This document shows positions 17,329 through 27,902 of a stretch of 37,070 nt of DNA, in pieces. Each line of letters starts with the position of its first letter. Within the stretch, counting starts at the first letter, position 1. Made by a program: the position numbers and the translations under genes. Where the stretch lies: sequence record SRR20825010_5550; one strand, written 5' to 3'. The notes beneath the pieces were generated by a model. It did not search any database. It saw only the letters and a program-made list of their open reading frames with translations, and was not told the DNA's origin.

Positions 17329-19710
17329 ATGGATAAGGCAACGTGCTATCATTGTGGTGACGATTGCGGGAACAATCCCATAAATCATAACGACAAAAAT
17401 TTTTGTTGTGTTGGATGTAAAACCGTTTATGAGATTTTCTCCAGCAACGACCTGTCCTACTATTATGACCTGCAGTCTGCCGCAGGTGCCTCCCCTAAGG
17501 AAGTGGAGGGCAAATATGACTTTCTTGAATCCCAAAGCATTGTAGAAAAACTGATCGAGTTTAATGATAACGGCACCCAAATAATAAATCTATACATTCC
17601 CCATATTCATTGCAGTTCCTGTATTTGGATATTGGAAAACCTGAACAAACTAAACAAGGGCATAAGCAGTTCCCAAGTAGATTTTCCTAAAAAGACCGTG
17701 AGGGTCACTTTTAACTCCAACAAGATTTCTCTTAAAGAGTTGGTAGTGCTAATGGCCAGGATTGGTTATGAACCTTATATATCCTTGGACGATTATGACA
17801 AGACCAAAAAAGGAACAGACCGCAGTTTATCCTATAAATTGGGTATTGCCGGTTTTGCCTTCGGAAATGTCATGTTTCTTTCCTTCCCCGAATATTTTGA
17901 GGTAGGGGAATTTTGGCTGGAACAATTTAAAGGGGTTTTTAGATGGCTTATGTTTGGCTTTTCCCTACCCGTGGTTTTCTACGCAGCCCAAGATTATTTT
18001 ATTTCGGCGTACAAGGGATTAAGATCTAGGTTCTTAAATATAGACATCCCAATTGCCCTGGGTATTTTGGTTTTATTCCTTCGGAGCACCGTAGAAATCA
18101 TTTTCGATTGGGGATCTGGCTTTTTCGACAGCCTTACAGGCTTGGTCTTCTTTTTATTGTTGGGTAAATTCTTTCAGCAAAAAACATATTCCTATTTATC
18201 TTTTGAACGGGATTATAAATCCTACTTCCCTATTGCCGTCACCAGAATAACAAGTAAAAACACCGAGGAGAACACTCAAGTATACGATATTAAAGCTGGG
18301 GATAGGCTCCTTATAAGAAATGGGGAACTAATTCCTGTGGATGCTATACTGATCAACGGAAATGCCAAGATAGACTATAGCTTTGTAACGGGCGAATCGG
18401 AACCGGTGGACAAGAAATCGGGAGACAAAGTTTATGCCGGCGGAAGACAGATAAGTAGTGCCATAGAAATTGAAGCCATAAAATCTGTTTCCCAAAGCTA
18501 TCTTACACAACTTTGGAGCAATGCAGTCTTCCAACAGGACAAATCGGGAAGCTTTCAAACCTTAACGGACAGTATTGGCAAAAGATTCACCATTGCCGTC
18601 CTGACCATCGCTTTCGTCTCTGCCATAATATGGTTAATAATAGATCCTAGTAAAACTATCAATGTCTTTACAGCTGTGCTCATAATTGCCTGTCCTTGTG
18701 CAATTGCCCTGGCAGCCCCTTTTACTCTAGGCAATATGTTACGGATTTTTGGACGCCACGGATTTTACCTACGTGACACCCAGACCATAGAACAATTGGC
18801 TCAGATAGACACCGCTATATTCGATAAGACAGGTACGATTACCACGGCCGAAAAGGGAAACGTATACTATGAAGGTCTCGAATTGACCAGCGACGAGGAG
18901 TCTTTGTTAAAAAACACCTTGCGTTCCTCCAATCACCCATTGAGCAGAAAACTCTATGATATGTTGGCGGAACAAAATATTGTACCACTAGAGGAATACG
19001 AGGAATATTTGGGCCAAGGTATCAAAGGTTCAACGGTTACTGACAGTGTTAAAATTGGCTCTGCCGCCTTTGTTGGCAATTCCGAAATAAACAATAGGGA
19101 CAGTACCTCGGTCCACCTAAGCTCCAACGAACAATACAAGGGTTGTTTTATTTTTCAGAACCAATACCGGGAGGGGGTCGGTGAAACCTTCGAAACAATG
19201 TCGCGAGACATGGAATTGGCAATCCTGTCAGGGGATAACTCCGGGGAAAGAGCCAACCTTACCAAGTTGTTGCCGGTGGGAACACCGCTGTATTTTAATC
19301 AAAAACCGGACAAGAAGCTCCAATTTATAAAGTCGCTCCAAGATCAAAACAAAAAGGTAATGATGGTAGGGGACGGACTAAATGATGCCGGAGCTCTGGC
19401 ACAAAGTAATGTGGGTATAGCCATTTCAGAAAACGTAAACGTTTTTTCCCCTGCCTGTGACGGCATTCTGGATGCCAAAAATTTCAAATCGCTATACCAG
19501 TATATTCTGGCCTCAAGAAAAGCCATTAAAATTATAAAACTAAGTTTCATACTTTCCTTAATGTATAACGTAGTGGGATTGTATTTCGCGGTAACAGGAC
19601 AATTGCAGCCAGTTATTGCGGCCATCCTAATGCCCTTAAGCTCTATCAGTATTGTTATATTCACTACTGTAGCTACAAACCTTCTGGGCAGAAAACTAGC
19701 GCAGAAATAA
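17329..19710 (+). CDS. ccoI: Heavy-metal (Cu) P1B-type ATPase, cbb3 oxidase biogenesis CcoI/FixI
   Basis: N-terminal CYHCG/CCVGC, HCSSC, TGES, CPC, DKTGT and GDGLNDA; close to the cco cluster. Confidence 0.9.
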   Translation: MDKATCYHCGDDCGNNPINHNDKNFCCVGCKTVYEIFSSNDLSYYYDLQSAAGASPKEVEGKYDFLESQSIVEKLIEFNDNGTQIINLYIPHIHCSSCIWILENLNKLNKGISSSQVDFPKKTVRVTFNSNKISLKELVVLMARIGYEPYISLDDYDKTKKGTDRSLSYKLGIAGFAFGNVMFLSFPEYFEVGEFWLEQFKGVFRWLMFGFSLPVVFYAAQDYFISAYKGLRSRFLNIDIPIALGILVLFLRSTVEIIFDWGSGFFDSLTGLVFFLLLGKFFQQKTYSYLSFERDYKSYFPIAVTRITSKNTEENTQVYDIKAGDRLLIRNGELIPVDAILINGNAKIDYSFVTGESEPVDKKSGDKVYAGGRQISSAIEIEAIKSVSQSYLTQLWSNAVFQQDKSGSFQTLTDSIGKRFTIAVLTIAFVSAIIWLIIDPSKTINVFTAVLIIACPCAIALAAPFTLGNMLRIFGRHGFYLRDTQTIEQLAQIDTAIFDKTGTITTAEKGNVYYEGLELTSDEESLLKNTLRSSNHPLSRKLYDMLAEQNIVPLEEYEEYLGQGIKGSTVTDSVKIGSAAFVGNSEINNRDSTSVHLSSNEQYKGCFIFQNQYREGVGETFETMSRDMELAILSGDNSGERANLTKLLPVGTPLYFNQKPDKKLQFIKSLQDQNKKVMMVGDGLNDAGALAQSNVGIAISENVNVFSPACDGILDAKNFKSLYQYILASRKAIKIIKLSFILSLMYNVVGLYFAVTGQLQPVIAAILMPLSSISIVIFTTVATNLLGRKLAQK

Positions 19711-19756
19711 TCATCCCAAGAGTAACTTTTGGAGATAGGAATAAAGCACAAATAAA

Positions 19757-19786
19757 AAAGGCAACTGTTTTGCAACGGTTGCCTTT
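19757..19786. terminator. Probable bidirectional terminator between convergent ccoI and the heme-protein gene
   Basis: AAAGGCAACTGTT-TTGC-AACGGTTGCCTTT with A/T-rich flanks. Confidence 0.7.
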
Positions 19787-19832
19787 AATTTATGTAATAC
19801 CTAATTTAAGTCAAGGAAGGAAGGACCTTTCC

Positions 19833-22493
19833 TTATTTCTGTTGCTCCAAATACGCTACCAAGGAAGCCATTTCCTCATAACTCAGGGCATTCACCAGAC
19901 CGGAGGGCATCATTGATGTCTCCAACTCCTTTCTTTCGGCGATATCGGATTTTTTTAATTGGGTAGCTATACCTGCTATATTTCTTATGGTCAGGTCAGT
20001 GGCCGATTCCTGGGTAACAAAACCAACATAATTATCCCCTCCCTTGGTCTGTATCTGTACCGTTGAAAATCCTTGGGAAATGGAGGCATTGGGTTTCAAG
20101 ATAGACTCAGCGATCTGCTCCCTGTTCATAATGGAACCTATTTGCCCCATAAACGGACCTTTCATTACTTCACTGGAGGATACACTGTGACAGGTAAAAC
20201 AAGCTTGGGTCTTAAAAATTTCCTTTCCTTTTTCAGGATCCCCCTTTATACTTTTTAAGGCGATCATAATATCCTCAATGGAAGCCTCCCCGATCTGTCC
20301 TTTTTTGTTCTTAATCTTTTCTAGGTCAACTGTTGGCATATCCTCCTTGGGTGCCGTAATTTCCACGGTACCAAAATCATCGATTGCCAATCGGAACTTA
20401 CTGTTCAATTCTGCGTACAATTCCTTTTCATCTTCCGAAGATTTTTCCCATTCCTCCCTTAAAAATGAACGAATCACAGGGGTGTAATCCCATTCTACCG
20501 TTTTATAATAAGGGCCATGCGTATCCGGACGTGTACTCCACCACCATGAGGTATCATAGGGTGCTTCTTGGTGATATATACGCGCCAAGGTATGGATTAT
20601 TTTATCCTTAAAAACGTCATCTTCGGTATTTTCATAAGCGTTTATCATTCCATCAACCACCTTGGGGCTATGCAAATATCGCATTGCCCAAAGGGCCATA
20701 TCCCTCTGATCGGTACCCAAGGCACTTACGCAAGCGTCCACAGCATCCAATTTAACCAATGCCTTAACGGCTAAATGTGGAACAACTATATCGGCATTTG
20801 GTCTGGCATGGGGCCCTTCAGCACCCATTTCTGGAGCTGTAAATGAATTTGGAACCGGAATCTCCAATAAGTCATTGGCTACTTCCTTTTTGCCCAATCT
20901 GCCCAAACCTATAATTGCAGCTGCTTTTACTCGGTCTGAGTCGGACTTTAGTGCATTTACGAATGGTTCTGTAGGTACTTTTTCCAATGTTCCCAAACGG
21001 TCAGACAAGGCCCTTAAGGCAAATTCTTGAACTTGTGGATCTTCAGTTAATGAAACAAGGCGATCAATTCCGCCTTCCCCGGCCAATTGGGCAAAAGTGA
21101 ATATAGCAGTAGCACGTACTTCCAATGGCAAAGAGCTATCCTGCACCATTTGCCAAACTTTATCGGCCCCTTTCCCTCTTTTTATCAATTCATACTGGGC
21201 ACTTAAACGGGTCTTGGCATTACCTGCCTTTAGGAGATCCACTAAACTACCGGTCCAGTATAAATCCTGTGGGTCGGGGAATGGCTCATAAGTAAAGTTT
21301 TTTGGTAAAACCCTAACTACATATCCTTTATCAGGGCTTCCCGAATAGCCTGCACCATCCCAGGCAGAAAGATACATGGCACCGGCTGCATCCACGTCCA
21401 CATCGGTTATCTGTGGCAACTGTATAAACTCTTCCTCATCCTGTATAAAACTGGCCTTATTTTCAGTAAGCCTGTGAAAATAAAGGTAGCTTCTGCCCCA
21501 ATCGGCCATCATGGGAACATTATTGTATTTTTCAGGCCAACGGTTGTCGTTCATATAAAGTGACCCTGTTCCAGAGCCCCCTCCAACATCTGCCAAGGCA
21601 GGAAGGATCTCTTCCGTAAAATGCTTGAACAGCACAGGATATCCATATTCGCCTGATTGTATCTGATGAATAAATCTGATGTTCCAGCCCCCACCATCAT
21701 TGGTATTACCCCTGGTGTAAATATTCATAAAAGGGTCAATGGCCACATCGTAAATATTCCGCAACCCATGGGTATACACTTCCATTTCGGTTCCGTCCGG
21801 ACGTACACGCAATACCCCACCGCCCAACATGGTCAATTGTTTTCCATTACTATCTGTAGCATTGTGGAAGCCAAAGTCGCCAACAGCAATGTATATCCAC
21901 CCGTCTATACCCATCTGAATGCCGTTGGTTGCATGATCGGTACCTCTCTCCGCCAGATATTTGGAATTGCTCAAATTCTTTATTAAAACCTTGGCAGGTC
22001 CGTCCGCTACTCCATCCTTGTCCTTATCTTCAAATACCACCAAGTCCATATTAAAGGCCTTTCCCGTTTCGGGTGAAAAAGTAGTATGCAACACAAATAC
22101 CTCATCCCCAATGGCCAAAATCCCCCTTGGGTTATCCACTTGGGCAAATTCGGTATAGGAATCCATTATTCCATCGTGATTACAATCTACCAAACGTTTT
22201 ATAAAACCTTTGTTCATCTCCTTCCCTAGGGAACCCATCATATCTACCCCAACAAAGACCTCTCCAGTTGCAGCAACGGCCATACAGGCAGGACTTGGCG
22301 TTAAGTCAGGACCTGTAAATCCAGTTATATCCAAATCTTCGGGCCAATTCAGGACCTGGGCCAAAGAATCACTGGAAGGATAATTTATTGCCTCGGTACT
22401 AGGGGTACATGTGACCTCCCCTTGCTTACAACTAAAAAATACAATACTTGAAAATACAATTAATCCTGCCTTTTTAAACATATTCAATTCCAT
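19833..22493 (-). CDS. PVC-type heme-binding (CxxCH) lipoprotein: dehydrogenase-like beta-propeller, HEAT-like repeats, cytochrome c domain
   Basis: Lipobox-like FFSC, propeller motifs (GIDGWIYIAVGD, GLRNIYD), helical repeats, GDPEKGKEIF...CFTCH, ESILKPNASI and SMMPSGL. Confidence 0.8.
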   Translation of the reverse strand: MELNMFKKAGLIVFSSIVFFSCKQGEVTCTPSTEAINYPSSDSLAQVLNWPEDLDITGFTGPDLTPSPACMAVAATGEVFVGVDMMGSLGKEMNKGFIKRLVDCNHDGIMDSYTEFAQVDNPRGILAIGDEVFVLHTTFSPETGKAFNMDLVVFEDKDKDGVADGPAKVLIKNLSNSKYLAERGTDHATNGIQMGIDGWIYIAVGDFGFHNATDSNGKQLTMLGGGVLRVRPDGTEMEVYTHGLRNIYDVAIDPFMNIYTRGNTNDGGGWNIRFIHQIQSGEYGYPVLFKHFTEEILPALADVGGGSGTGSLYMNDNRWPEKYNNVPMMADWGRSYLYFHRLTENKASFIQDEEEFIQLPQITDVDVDAAGAMYLSAWDGAGYSGSPDKGYVVRVLPKNFTYEPFPDPQDLYWTGSLVDLLKAGNAKTRLSAQYELIKRGKGADKVWQMVQDSSLPLEVRATAIFTFAQLAGEGGIDRLVSLTEDPQVQEFALRALSDRLGTLEKVPTEPFVNALKSDSDRVKAAAIIGLGRLGKKEVANDLLEIPVPNSFTAPEMGAEGPHARPNADIVVPHLAVKALVKLDAVDACVSALGTDQRDMALWAMRYLHSPKVVDGMINAYENTEDDVFKDKIIHTLARIYHQEAPYDTSWWWSTRPDTHGPYYKTVEWDYTPVIRSFLREEWEKSSEDEKELYAELNSKFRLAIDDFGTVEITAPKEDMPTVDLEKIKNKKGQIGEASIEDIMIALKSIKGDPEKGKEIFKTQACFTCHSVSSSEVMKGPFMGQIGSIMNREQIAESILKPNASISQGFSTVQIQTKGGDNYVGFVTQESATDLTIRNIAGIATQLKKSDIAERKELETSMMPSGLVNALSYEEMASLVAYLEQQK

Positions 22494-22792
22494 TAAAATT
22501 TAAAATTACACCCTAGGGTAGAAAAACCAGTTAAGGTTTACCGGATTTTCAACAAAGTAGCGGCAAAACTAAAAATCTTTCCCATAAATCCATGATTAAA
22601 TTAAATTATTACGGGTAGGATCACATTCTTTTAGATGAATTCCCATTATTAGTGGACTACACAATCTTAAATGAAACCTTTATTATTTTATAGTTTCGAA
22701 TGTGTATTTTACATTAATAATTAGGATATTTGAAAGGAGGGTACATTAAAAATGTTCTAAAGGAGAAGAACTTGCAATATTTTATCAAAAGC

Positions 22793-22835
22793 TGATAAAT
22801 GTCATATTATTCCACAGCCCCCATGTTTAGTTTTA
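22793..22835 (+). promoter_or_regulatory. Fnr-type box plus -7 promoter element for the ccoSNOQPGH operon
   Basis: TGATAAATGTCA at 22793-22804 and TAGTTTTA at 22828-22835; 23-nt spacer. Confidence 0.78.
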
Positions 22836-22854
22836 CGCCCTGATTCAGGTAGGT

Positions 22855-23061
22855 ATGAGTGTTATTTATTTATTGTTGACTTTGAGTATTGTTGTAGCCG
22901 TCATTTTTTTTGCGGCTTTTATTATTGCTACCAAGAGTGGTCAATATGATGATTCCTATACCCCATCCGTTCGTATGCTCTTTGAAGATGAACTTGTAAA
23001 AAGTGCTCCCGAGAAGACCGAAGAAATATCTAACCAAAAAAGTGAAAGTCAAAAATTGTAA
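22855..23061 (+). CDS. ccoS: cbb3-type cytochrome oxidase maturation protein CcoS
   Basis: Single TM helix followed by KSGQYDDSYTPSVRMLFED. Confidence 0.93.
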   Translation: MSVIYLLLTLSIVVAVIFFAAFIIATKSGQYDDSYTPSVRMLFEDELVKSAPEKTEEISNQKSESQKL

Positions 23062-23063
23062 TT

Positions 23064-25265
23064 ATGGAAGTACAACAGTTTTATTACGATAACAAAATCG
23101 TAAAAAAATTCCTTTATGCAACTATGTTTTGGGGAATTGTGGGAATGTCGGTAGGCTTATTGCTTGCCTTTATGTTTCTTTTTCCAAATTTAACCGATGG
23201 GATATCCTGGTTGAGTTTTGGTCGGCTAAGACCTTTACACACCAACGCGGTTATTTTTGCCTTTGTAGGAAATGCCATTTTTGCCGGGGTCTATTATTCT
23301 ACCCAGCGCTTGTTAAAGGCGAGAATGTTCAGTGATGGATTAAGTAATTTCAATTTCTGGGGATGGCAGGCCATTATTGTGGCAGCGGCAATTACCTTAC
23401 CCCTGGGGTACACCTCATCCAAAGAATATGCAGAATTGGAATGGCCCATAGATTTGGCCATTGCCGTAGTTTGGGTAGCCTTTGGATGGAACCTGATCGG
23501 AACCATGTTAAAAAGAAGACAGCGCCATTTGTACGTGGCAATCTGGTTCTATCTGGCCACATTTGTTACCGTAGCGGTACTCCATATCTTCAATAGCCTG
23601 GCCCTACCTGTTAGCGCTTTTAAAAGTTACTCGGTATACGCCGGGGTACAGGATGCACTGGTACAGTGGTGGTACGGACACAACGCGGTTGCCTTCTTCC
23701 TTACCACACCTTTCTTGGGATTAATGTACTACTTTGTACCAAAGGCGGCCAATAGGCCTGTATATTCCTATAGATTATCTATCGTACACTTTTGGTCATT
23801 GATATTTATCTATATCTGGGCCGGACCCCACCATCTCTTATATTCAACTTTGCCCGAATGGGCCCAAAACTTAGGGGTGGCATTCTCCATTATGCTGATT
23901 GCTCCATCTTGGGGAGGTATGATCAACGGACTTTTGACATTGCGTGGAGCTTGGGACAAGGTAAGGACAGACCCTGTTTTGAAATTTATGGTAGTCGCAA
24001 TTACCGGTTACGGTATGGCCACTTTTGAAGGTCCGATGCTTTCACTAAAAAATGTAAACGCCATAGCGCATTTTAGCGATTGGATTATTGCACACGTACA
24101 CGTAGGAGCCTTGGCATGGAACGGATTCCTGACTTTTGGTATGATCTATTGGTTGGTTCCAAAAATGTTCAAGACCAGATTACACTCCCTTCCCATGGCC
24201 AACTTCCATTTCTGGATCGGCACCTTAGGAATCATACTTTACGCACTTCCCATGTATGTTGCCGGTTTTACCCAGGCCTTAATGTGGAAAGAATTCAACC
24301 CAGATGGAACCCTGGCCTATGGTAACTTTTTGGAGACCGTAAATGAAATTATTCCAATGTACTGGATGAGGGCCATTGGTGGTACCATGTATATTGTCGG
24401 GGCAATTGTCATGATCTACAACGTTGTTGTTACCATTAAGCAGGGCACAAAAGTAGAGGATGAATTGGCAGAGGCGGCAGCATTGACTACCGTTTCCAAG
24501 AAAAGAACCGCTGGAGAAACTTTCCATACTTGGTTGGAGCGCAAGCCTATTCAATTGACCATCTTGGCTACCATTGCCATCTTAATTGGAGGGATAATCC
24601 AAATTGTTCCTACTATTTTGGTAAAGTCGAACATTCCAACTATAACCAGTGTAAAACCATATACCCCTCTGGAATTGGAAGGTAGGGATTTATATATAAG
24701 GGAAGGCTGTGTTGGTTGTCACTCCCAAATGGTAAGGCCATTCCGAAGTGAGGTGGAACGCTATGGCGAGTACTCCAAAGCAGGAGAGTATGTGTACGAC
24801 CACCCTTTCCTTTGGGGAAGTAAACGTACCGGACCCGATCTTTTAAGGGTAGGCGGCAAATATTCGGACAACTGGCACTTGAACCATATGTACGACCCAC
24901 AAAGTACCTCTTCCGGATCTATTATGCCTTCCTATTCATGGCTAGTACGCAATAGGCACGACAGAAGTAACATTAAGTCAAAAATGGAAACCATGGTTAC
25001 CCTGGGAGTACCTTATTCCGATGACGAGATAGCCAATGCCGAACAATCTATGGACGAGCAGGCCACCAAAATAGAAAAAAATCTATACTCCGATCCTGAT
25101 TTTGCCAAGGGATATGAGGAAGACAAGAAATATGCTGCTGAAAACGGGGAAGAATTCATAGAAATGAAGGACAGGGAAATTGTAGCTATGATAGCCTATC
25201 TGCAACGACTGGGAACAGATATAAAAATTAAGGAAACGGACGAAATAATTTCACAAAACAAATAA
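23064..25265 (+). CDS. ccoN: cbb3-type cytochrome c oxidase, fused subunits I and II (CcoN-CcoO)
   Basis: GRLRPLHTN, WWYGHNAV, GPHH and HVH in the CcoN part; EGCVGCHSQ and WGSKRTGPDL in the CcoO part. Confidence 0.97.
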   Translation: MEVQQFYYDNKIVKKFLYATMFWGIVGMSVGLLLAFMFLFPNLTDGISWLSFGRLRPLHTNAVIFAFVGNAIFAGVYYSTQRLLKARMFSDGLSNFNFWGWQAIIVAAAITLPLGYTSSKEYAELEWPIDLAIAVVWVAFGWNLIGTMLKRRQRHLYVAIWFYLATFVTVAVLHIFNSLALPVSAFKSYSVYAGVQDALVQWWYGHNAVAFFLTTPFLGLMYYFVPKAANRPVYSYRLSIVHFWSLIFIYIWAGPHHLLYSTLPEWAQNLGVAFSIMLIAPSWGGMINGLLTLRGAWDKVRTDPVLKFMVVAITGYGMATFEGPMLSLKNVNAIAHFSDWIIAHVHVGALAWNGFLTFGMIYWLVPKMFKTRLHSLPMANFHFWIGTLGIILYALPMYVAGFTQALMWKEFNPDGTLAYGNFLETVNEIIPMYWMRAIGGTMYIVGAIVMIYNVVVTIKQGTKVEDELAEAAALTTVSKKRTAGETFHTWLERKPIQLTILATIAILIGGIIQIVPTILVKSNIPTITSVKPYTPLELEGRDLYIREGCVGCHSQMVRPFRSEVERYGEYSKAGEYVYDHPFLWGSKRTGPDLLRVGGKYSDNWHLNHMYDPQSTSSGSIMPSYSWLVRNRHDRSNIKSKMETMVTLGVPYSDDEIANAEQSMDEQATKIEKNLYSDPDFAKGYEEDKKYAAENGEEFIEMKDREIVAMIAYLQRLGTDIKIKETDEIISQNK

Positions 25266-25268
25266 GTC

Positions 25269-25463
25269 ATGCTAAAATTTGTAAAAGGTTATATGGAAAG
25301 TATAGATGGCGTTGCCACCTATCCCATGATATCACTGTTAATCTTCTTTGTGTTTTTTACCATTCTTTTCTGGTGGGTATTTACCGCCTCTAAAGAGCAT
25401 ATCAAGGAAGTTAGCGAATTACCATTAGAAACAGATAACCAACCTAAAGAAGAATCGTTATGA
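25269..25463 (+). CDS. ccoQ: cbb3-type oxidase small subunit CcoQ/FixQ
   Basis: 64 aa, single TM helix, ELPL motif, lies between ccoNO and ccoP. Confidence 0.85.
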   Translation: MLKFVKGYMESIDGVATYPMISLLIFFVFFTILFWWVFTASKEHIKEVSELPLETDNQPKEESL

Positions 25464-26338
25464 GAAATATGTCACCTTGGTGGATAAGAGTCCCCTTAAT
25501 CTTTTTCCTAATCTTCGGATTGATGGAGTATTTTATTGACTCCGGGGACAAACCCGCATTTATTGAATACCCAATCACACTTGTGTTTATGTTGGTAGTG
25601 TTGTTCATATTGGTGGGTATTGAATTGATCCTAAAATCAGTTGAAAATGTAATGTTCCAAACCCTATCCCCCGAAGCGCAAAAGCGATATTTGGAGTCCA
25701 AATCCAAGCAATGGGAGTGGAAATGGGGCAAAGCCTTCTGGAAAAAAATCACCGGAAACAAACCTATTGAAGAAGAAAAGGAAATTATCCTGGACCACAA
25801 TTATGACGGTATCCGTGAATTGGACAATAATCTTCCGCCTTGGTGGGTGTATATGTTCTATGCCACCATCATTTTCGGTGTGGTTTACTTAGCCCGTTTC
25901 CATGTCTTCAATGACTACACCCAGGACATGGAATATGAACAGGAAGTGGCCGAAGCCAAGATAGCCATAGAAGAGTATAAAAAAACAGCCAAAGGTTTAG
26001 TTGACGCCAACACAGTTGAACTATTAACGGAAGCCTCGGATATTAAAGCAGGTGGGGCAATATACACCGCCAATTGTGTAGCTTGCCATATGCCGGATGG
26101 CGGTGGTGGTATTGGACCAAATCTAACCGACGAATATTGGATCTTGGGAGGCGGTGTAAAAAACGTTTTCCATACCATTTCAGAAGGTGGTAGGGATGGC
26201 AAGGGCATGATAGCGTGGAAACAGACCCTTAAACCAGCCGAAATAGCCCAGGTAGCCAGTTTTATTCTTTCGGAAATAAACGGCAAGACACCTGCCAATC
26301 CAAAGGCCGCAGAAGGCGAAATCTGGACTGAAGAGTAA
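25460..26338 (+). CDS. ccoP: cbb3-type cytochrome c oxidase subunit III CcoP
   Basis: DHNYDGIRELDNNLPPWW, CVACH, GPNLTD and GMIAW. Confidence 0.93.
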   Translation: MRNMSPWWIRVPLIFFLIFGLMEYFIDSGDKPAFIEYPITLVFMLVVLFILVGIELILKSVENVMFQTLSPEAQKRYLESKSKQWEWKWGKAFWKKITGNKPIEEEKEIILDHNYDGIRELDNNLPPWWVYMFYATIIFGVVYLARFHVFNDYTQDMEYEQEVAEAKIAIEEYKKTAKGLVDANTVELLTEASDIKAGGAIYTANCVACHMPDGGGGIGPNLTDEYWILGGGVKNVFHTISEGGRDGKGMIAWKQTLKPAEIAQVASFILSEINGKTPANPKAAEGEIWTEE

Positions 26339-26404
26339 ACACCTAAAACCTTAAGGAGCACATTTTTAGGCTTACCCATAATTACAATAAAGTAGAAAAA
26401 AGAA

Positions 26405-27823
26405 ATGGCACAGGACCAGGACAATTTTAGGGACTCCATAGGAACAATTAATGAGGAGGGGAAAAGGGCTTGGATATATCCAAAAAAGCCAAGTGGCAAG
26501 TTTTATGAATATCGCAAGTATGTGAGTTATGTGCTTTTGGCATTTCTCTTTCTAGCTCCCTTTGTAAAAGTAAATGGCAACCAGTTCCTAATGTTCAATG
26601 TACTGGAAAGGCGTTTCAATATTTTTGGGTTTCCTTTTTGGCCACAGGATTTTCATCTTTTTGTAATTTCCATGATTATCGGGGTAATATTCATAGCCTT
26701 ATTTACCGTTGCCTTTGGCCGTATTTTTTGTGGCTGGATGTGCCCCCAAACCATTTTCATGGAAATGGTATTCAGAAGGATCGAATTTTGGATCGATGGT
26801 GACCGAGGCGCCCAAATAAGGCTTAGCAAACAGCCTTGGAACGCTGAGAAAATCAGGAAACGCACCCTTAAACTGATTGTTTTTTTCATTATTTCCTTTT
26901 TAATAGCCAATGTATTCTTGGCATATTTAATTGGCAGTGACCGATTGATAGAATATATCACCGATGGGCCCTTGCAGCACGTAAGTACATTAGTTTCCTT
27001 ATTAATCTTTACGGGGGTGTTTTATTTTGTGTTCGCCTGGTTTAGGGAACAAGTATGTATCATAGCTTGCCCCTATGGAAGGATGCAGGGCGTGCTACTA
27101 GACAATAAGTCGATAGTCGTGGCCTACGACCATAAACGCGGAGAGGCTGAAAACGGAAGAAAAAAGTTCAGAAAAGGGGAGGATAGGGAAGCCTTGGGAC
27201 ATGGCGACTGTATTGATTGTTTTCAATGTGTTAACGTCTGCCCAACGGGAATAGACATTAGAAACGGAACCCAGTTGGAATGTGTCAACTGTACCGCCTG
27301 TATTGATGAATGCGACACCATAATGGAGAAGGTAAACCTACCCAAGGGACTTATCCGTTATGCCAGCGAAGACAATATTGAGAAAAAGAGCAAGTTCAAG
27401 TTTACACCCAGACTAAAAGGTTATACTGCAGTGCTTGTGATTCTTACCGGAATCTTGATCGGAATGCTGTTTTTAAGGAATGAGGTGGAAGCAAATATCC
27501 TTAGGCTTCCTGGACAACTTTATGAACATAAGGAAGGCAATATTATCAGCAACGTTTATACGTATAAATTGGTAAACAAAACCACCAAGGATATTCCGGA
27601 CATAAGCTTTAAACTAATGTCCCACAAAGGGTCCATCAACCTGGTTAGGCATCAACTATTTACAGTACCTGCGCAGGGATTGGCGGAAGGCACCCTATTT
27701 GTAGAAATAAACAATTCGGCTTTGGAAGGCGACAAGAATAAATTGAACATTGGAGTTTATAGTGGGGATAAATTAATTGAAACGGCAACGGCCAGATTTC
27801 TAGCTCCCAGAAGCTATAAGTAA
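26405..27823 (+). CDS. ccoG: Cytochrome c oxidase accessory protein CcoG/FixG
   Basis: GRIFCGWMCPQT, CIIACPYGR, CIDCFQCVNVCP and CVNCTACIDEC. Confidence 0.95.
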   Translation: MAQDQDNFRDSIGTINEEGKRAWIYPKKPSGKFYEYRKYVSYVLLAFLFLAPFVKVNGNQFLMFNVLERRFNIFGFPFWPQDFHLFVISMIIGVIFIALFTVAFGRIFCGWMCPQTIFMEMVFRRIEFWIDGDRGAQIRLSKQPWNAEKIRKRTLKLIVFFIISFLIANVFLAYLIGSDRLIEYITDGPLQHVSTLVSLLIFTGVFYFVFAWFREQVCIIACPYGRMQGVLLDNKSIVVAYDHKRGEAENGRKKFRKGEDREALGHGDCIDCFQCVNVCPTGIDIRNGTQLECVNCTACIDECDTIMEKVNLPKGLIRYASEDNIEKKSKFKFTPRLKGYTAVLVILTGILIGMLFLRNEVEANILRLPGQLYEHKEGNIISNVYTYKLVNKTTKDIPDISFKLMSHKGSINLVRHQLFTVPAQGLAEGTLFVEINNSALEGDKNKLNIGVYSGDKLIETATARFLAPRSYK

Positions 27824-27902
27824 ATTAAATAAAACAGGTTAAACACCTAAAAAACGAATAGAATTTCCTGTCAGTAGGAAATCGAAACTAAATTAAGACG
27901 CC

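Noticed and set aside
25915-26499. 194-aa minus-strand ORF
   Set aside because: Antisense shadow of ccoP and the start of ccoG, with no recognisable motifs. The other short overlapping ORFs in the track were rejected for the same reason.
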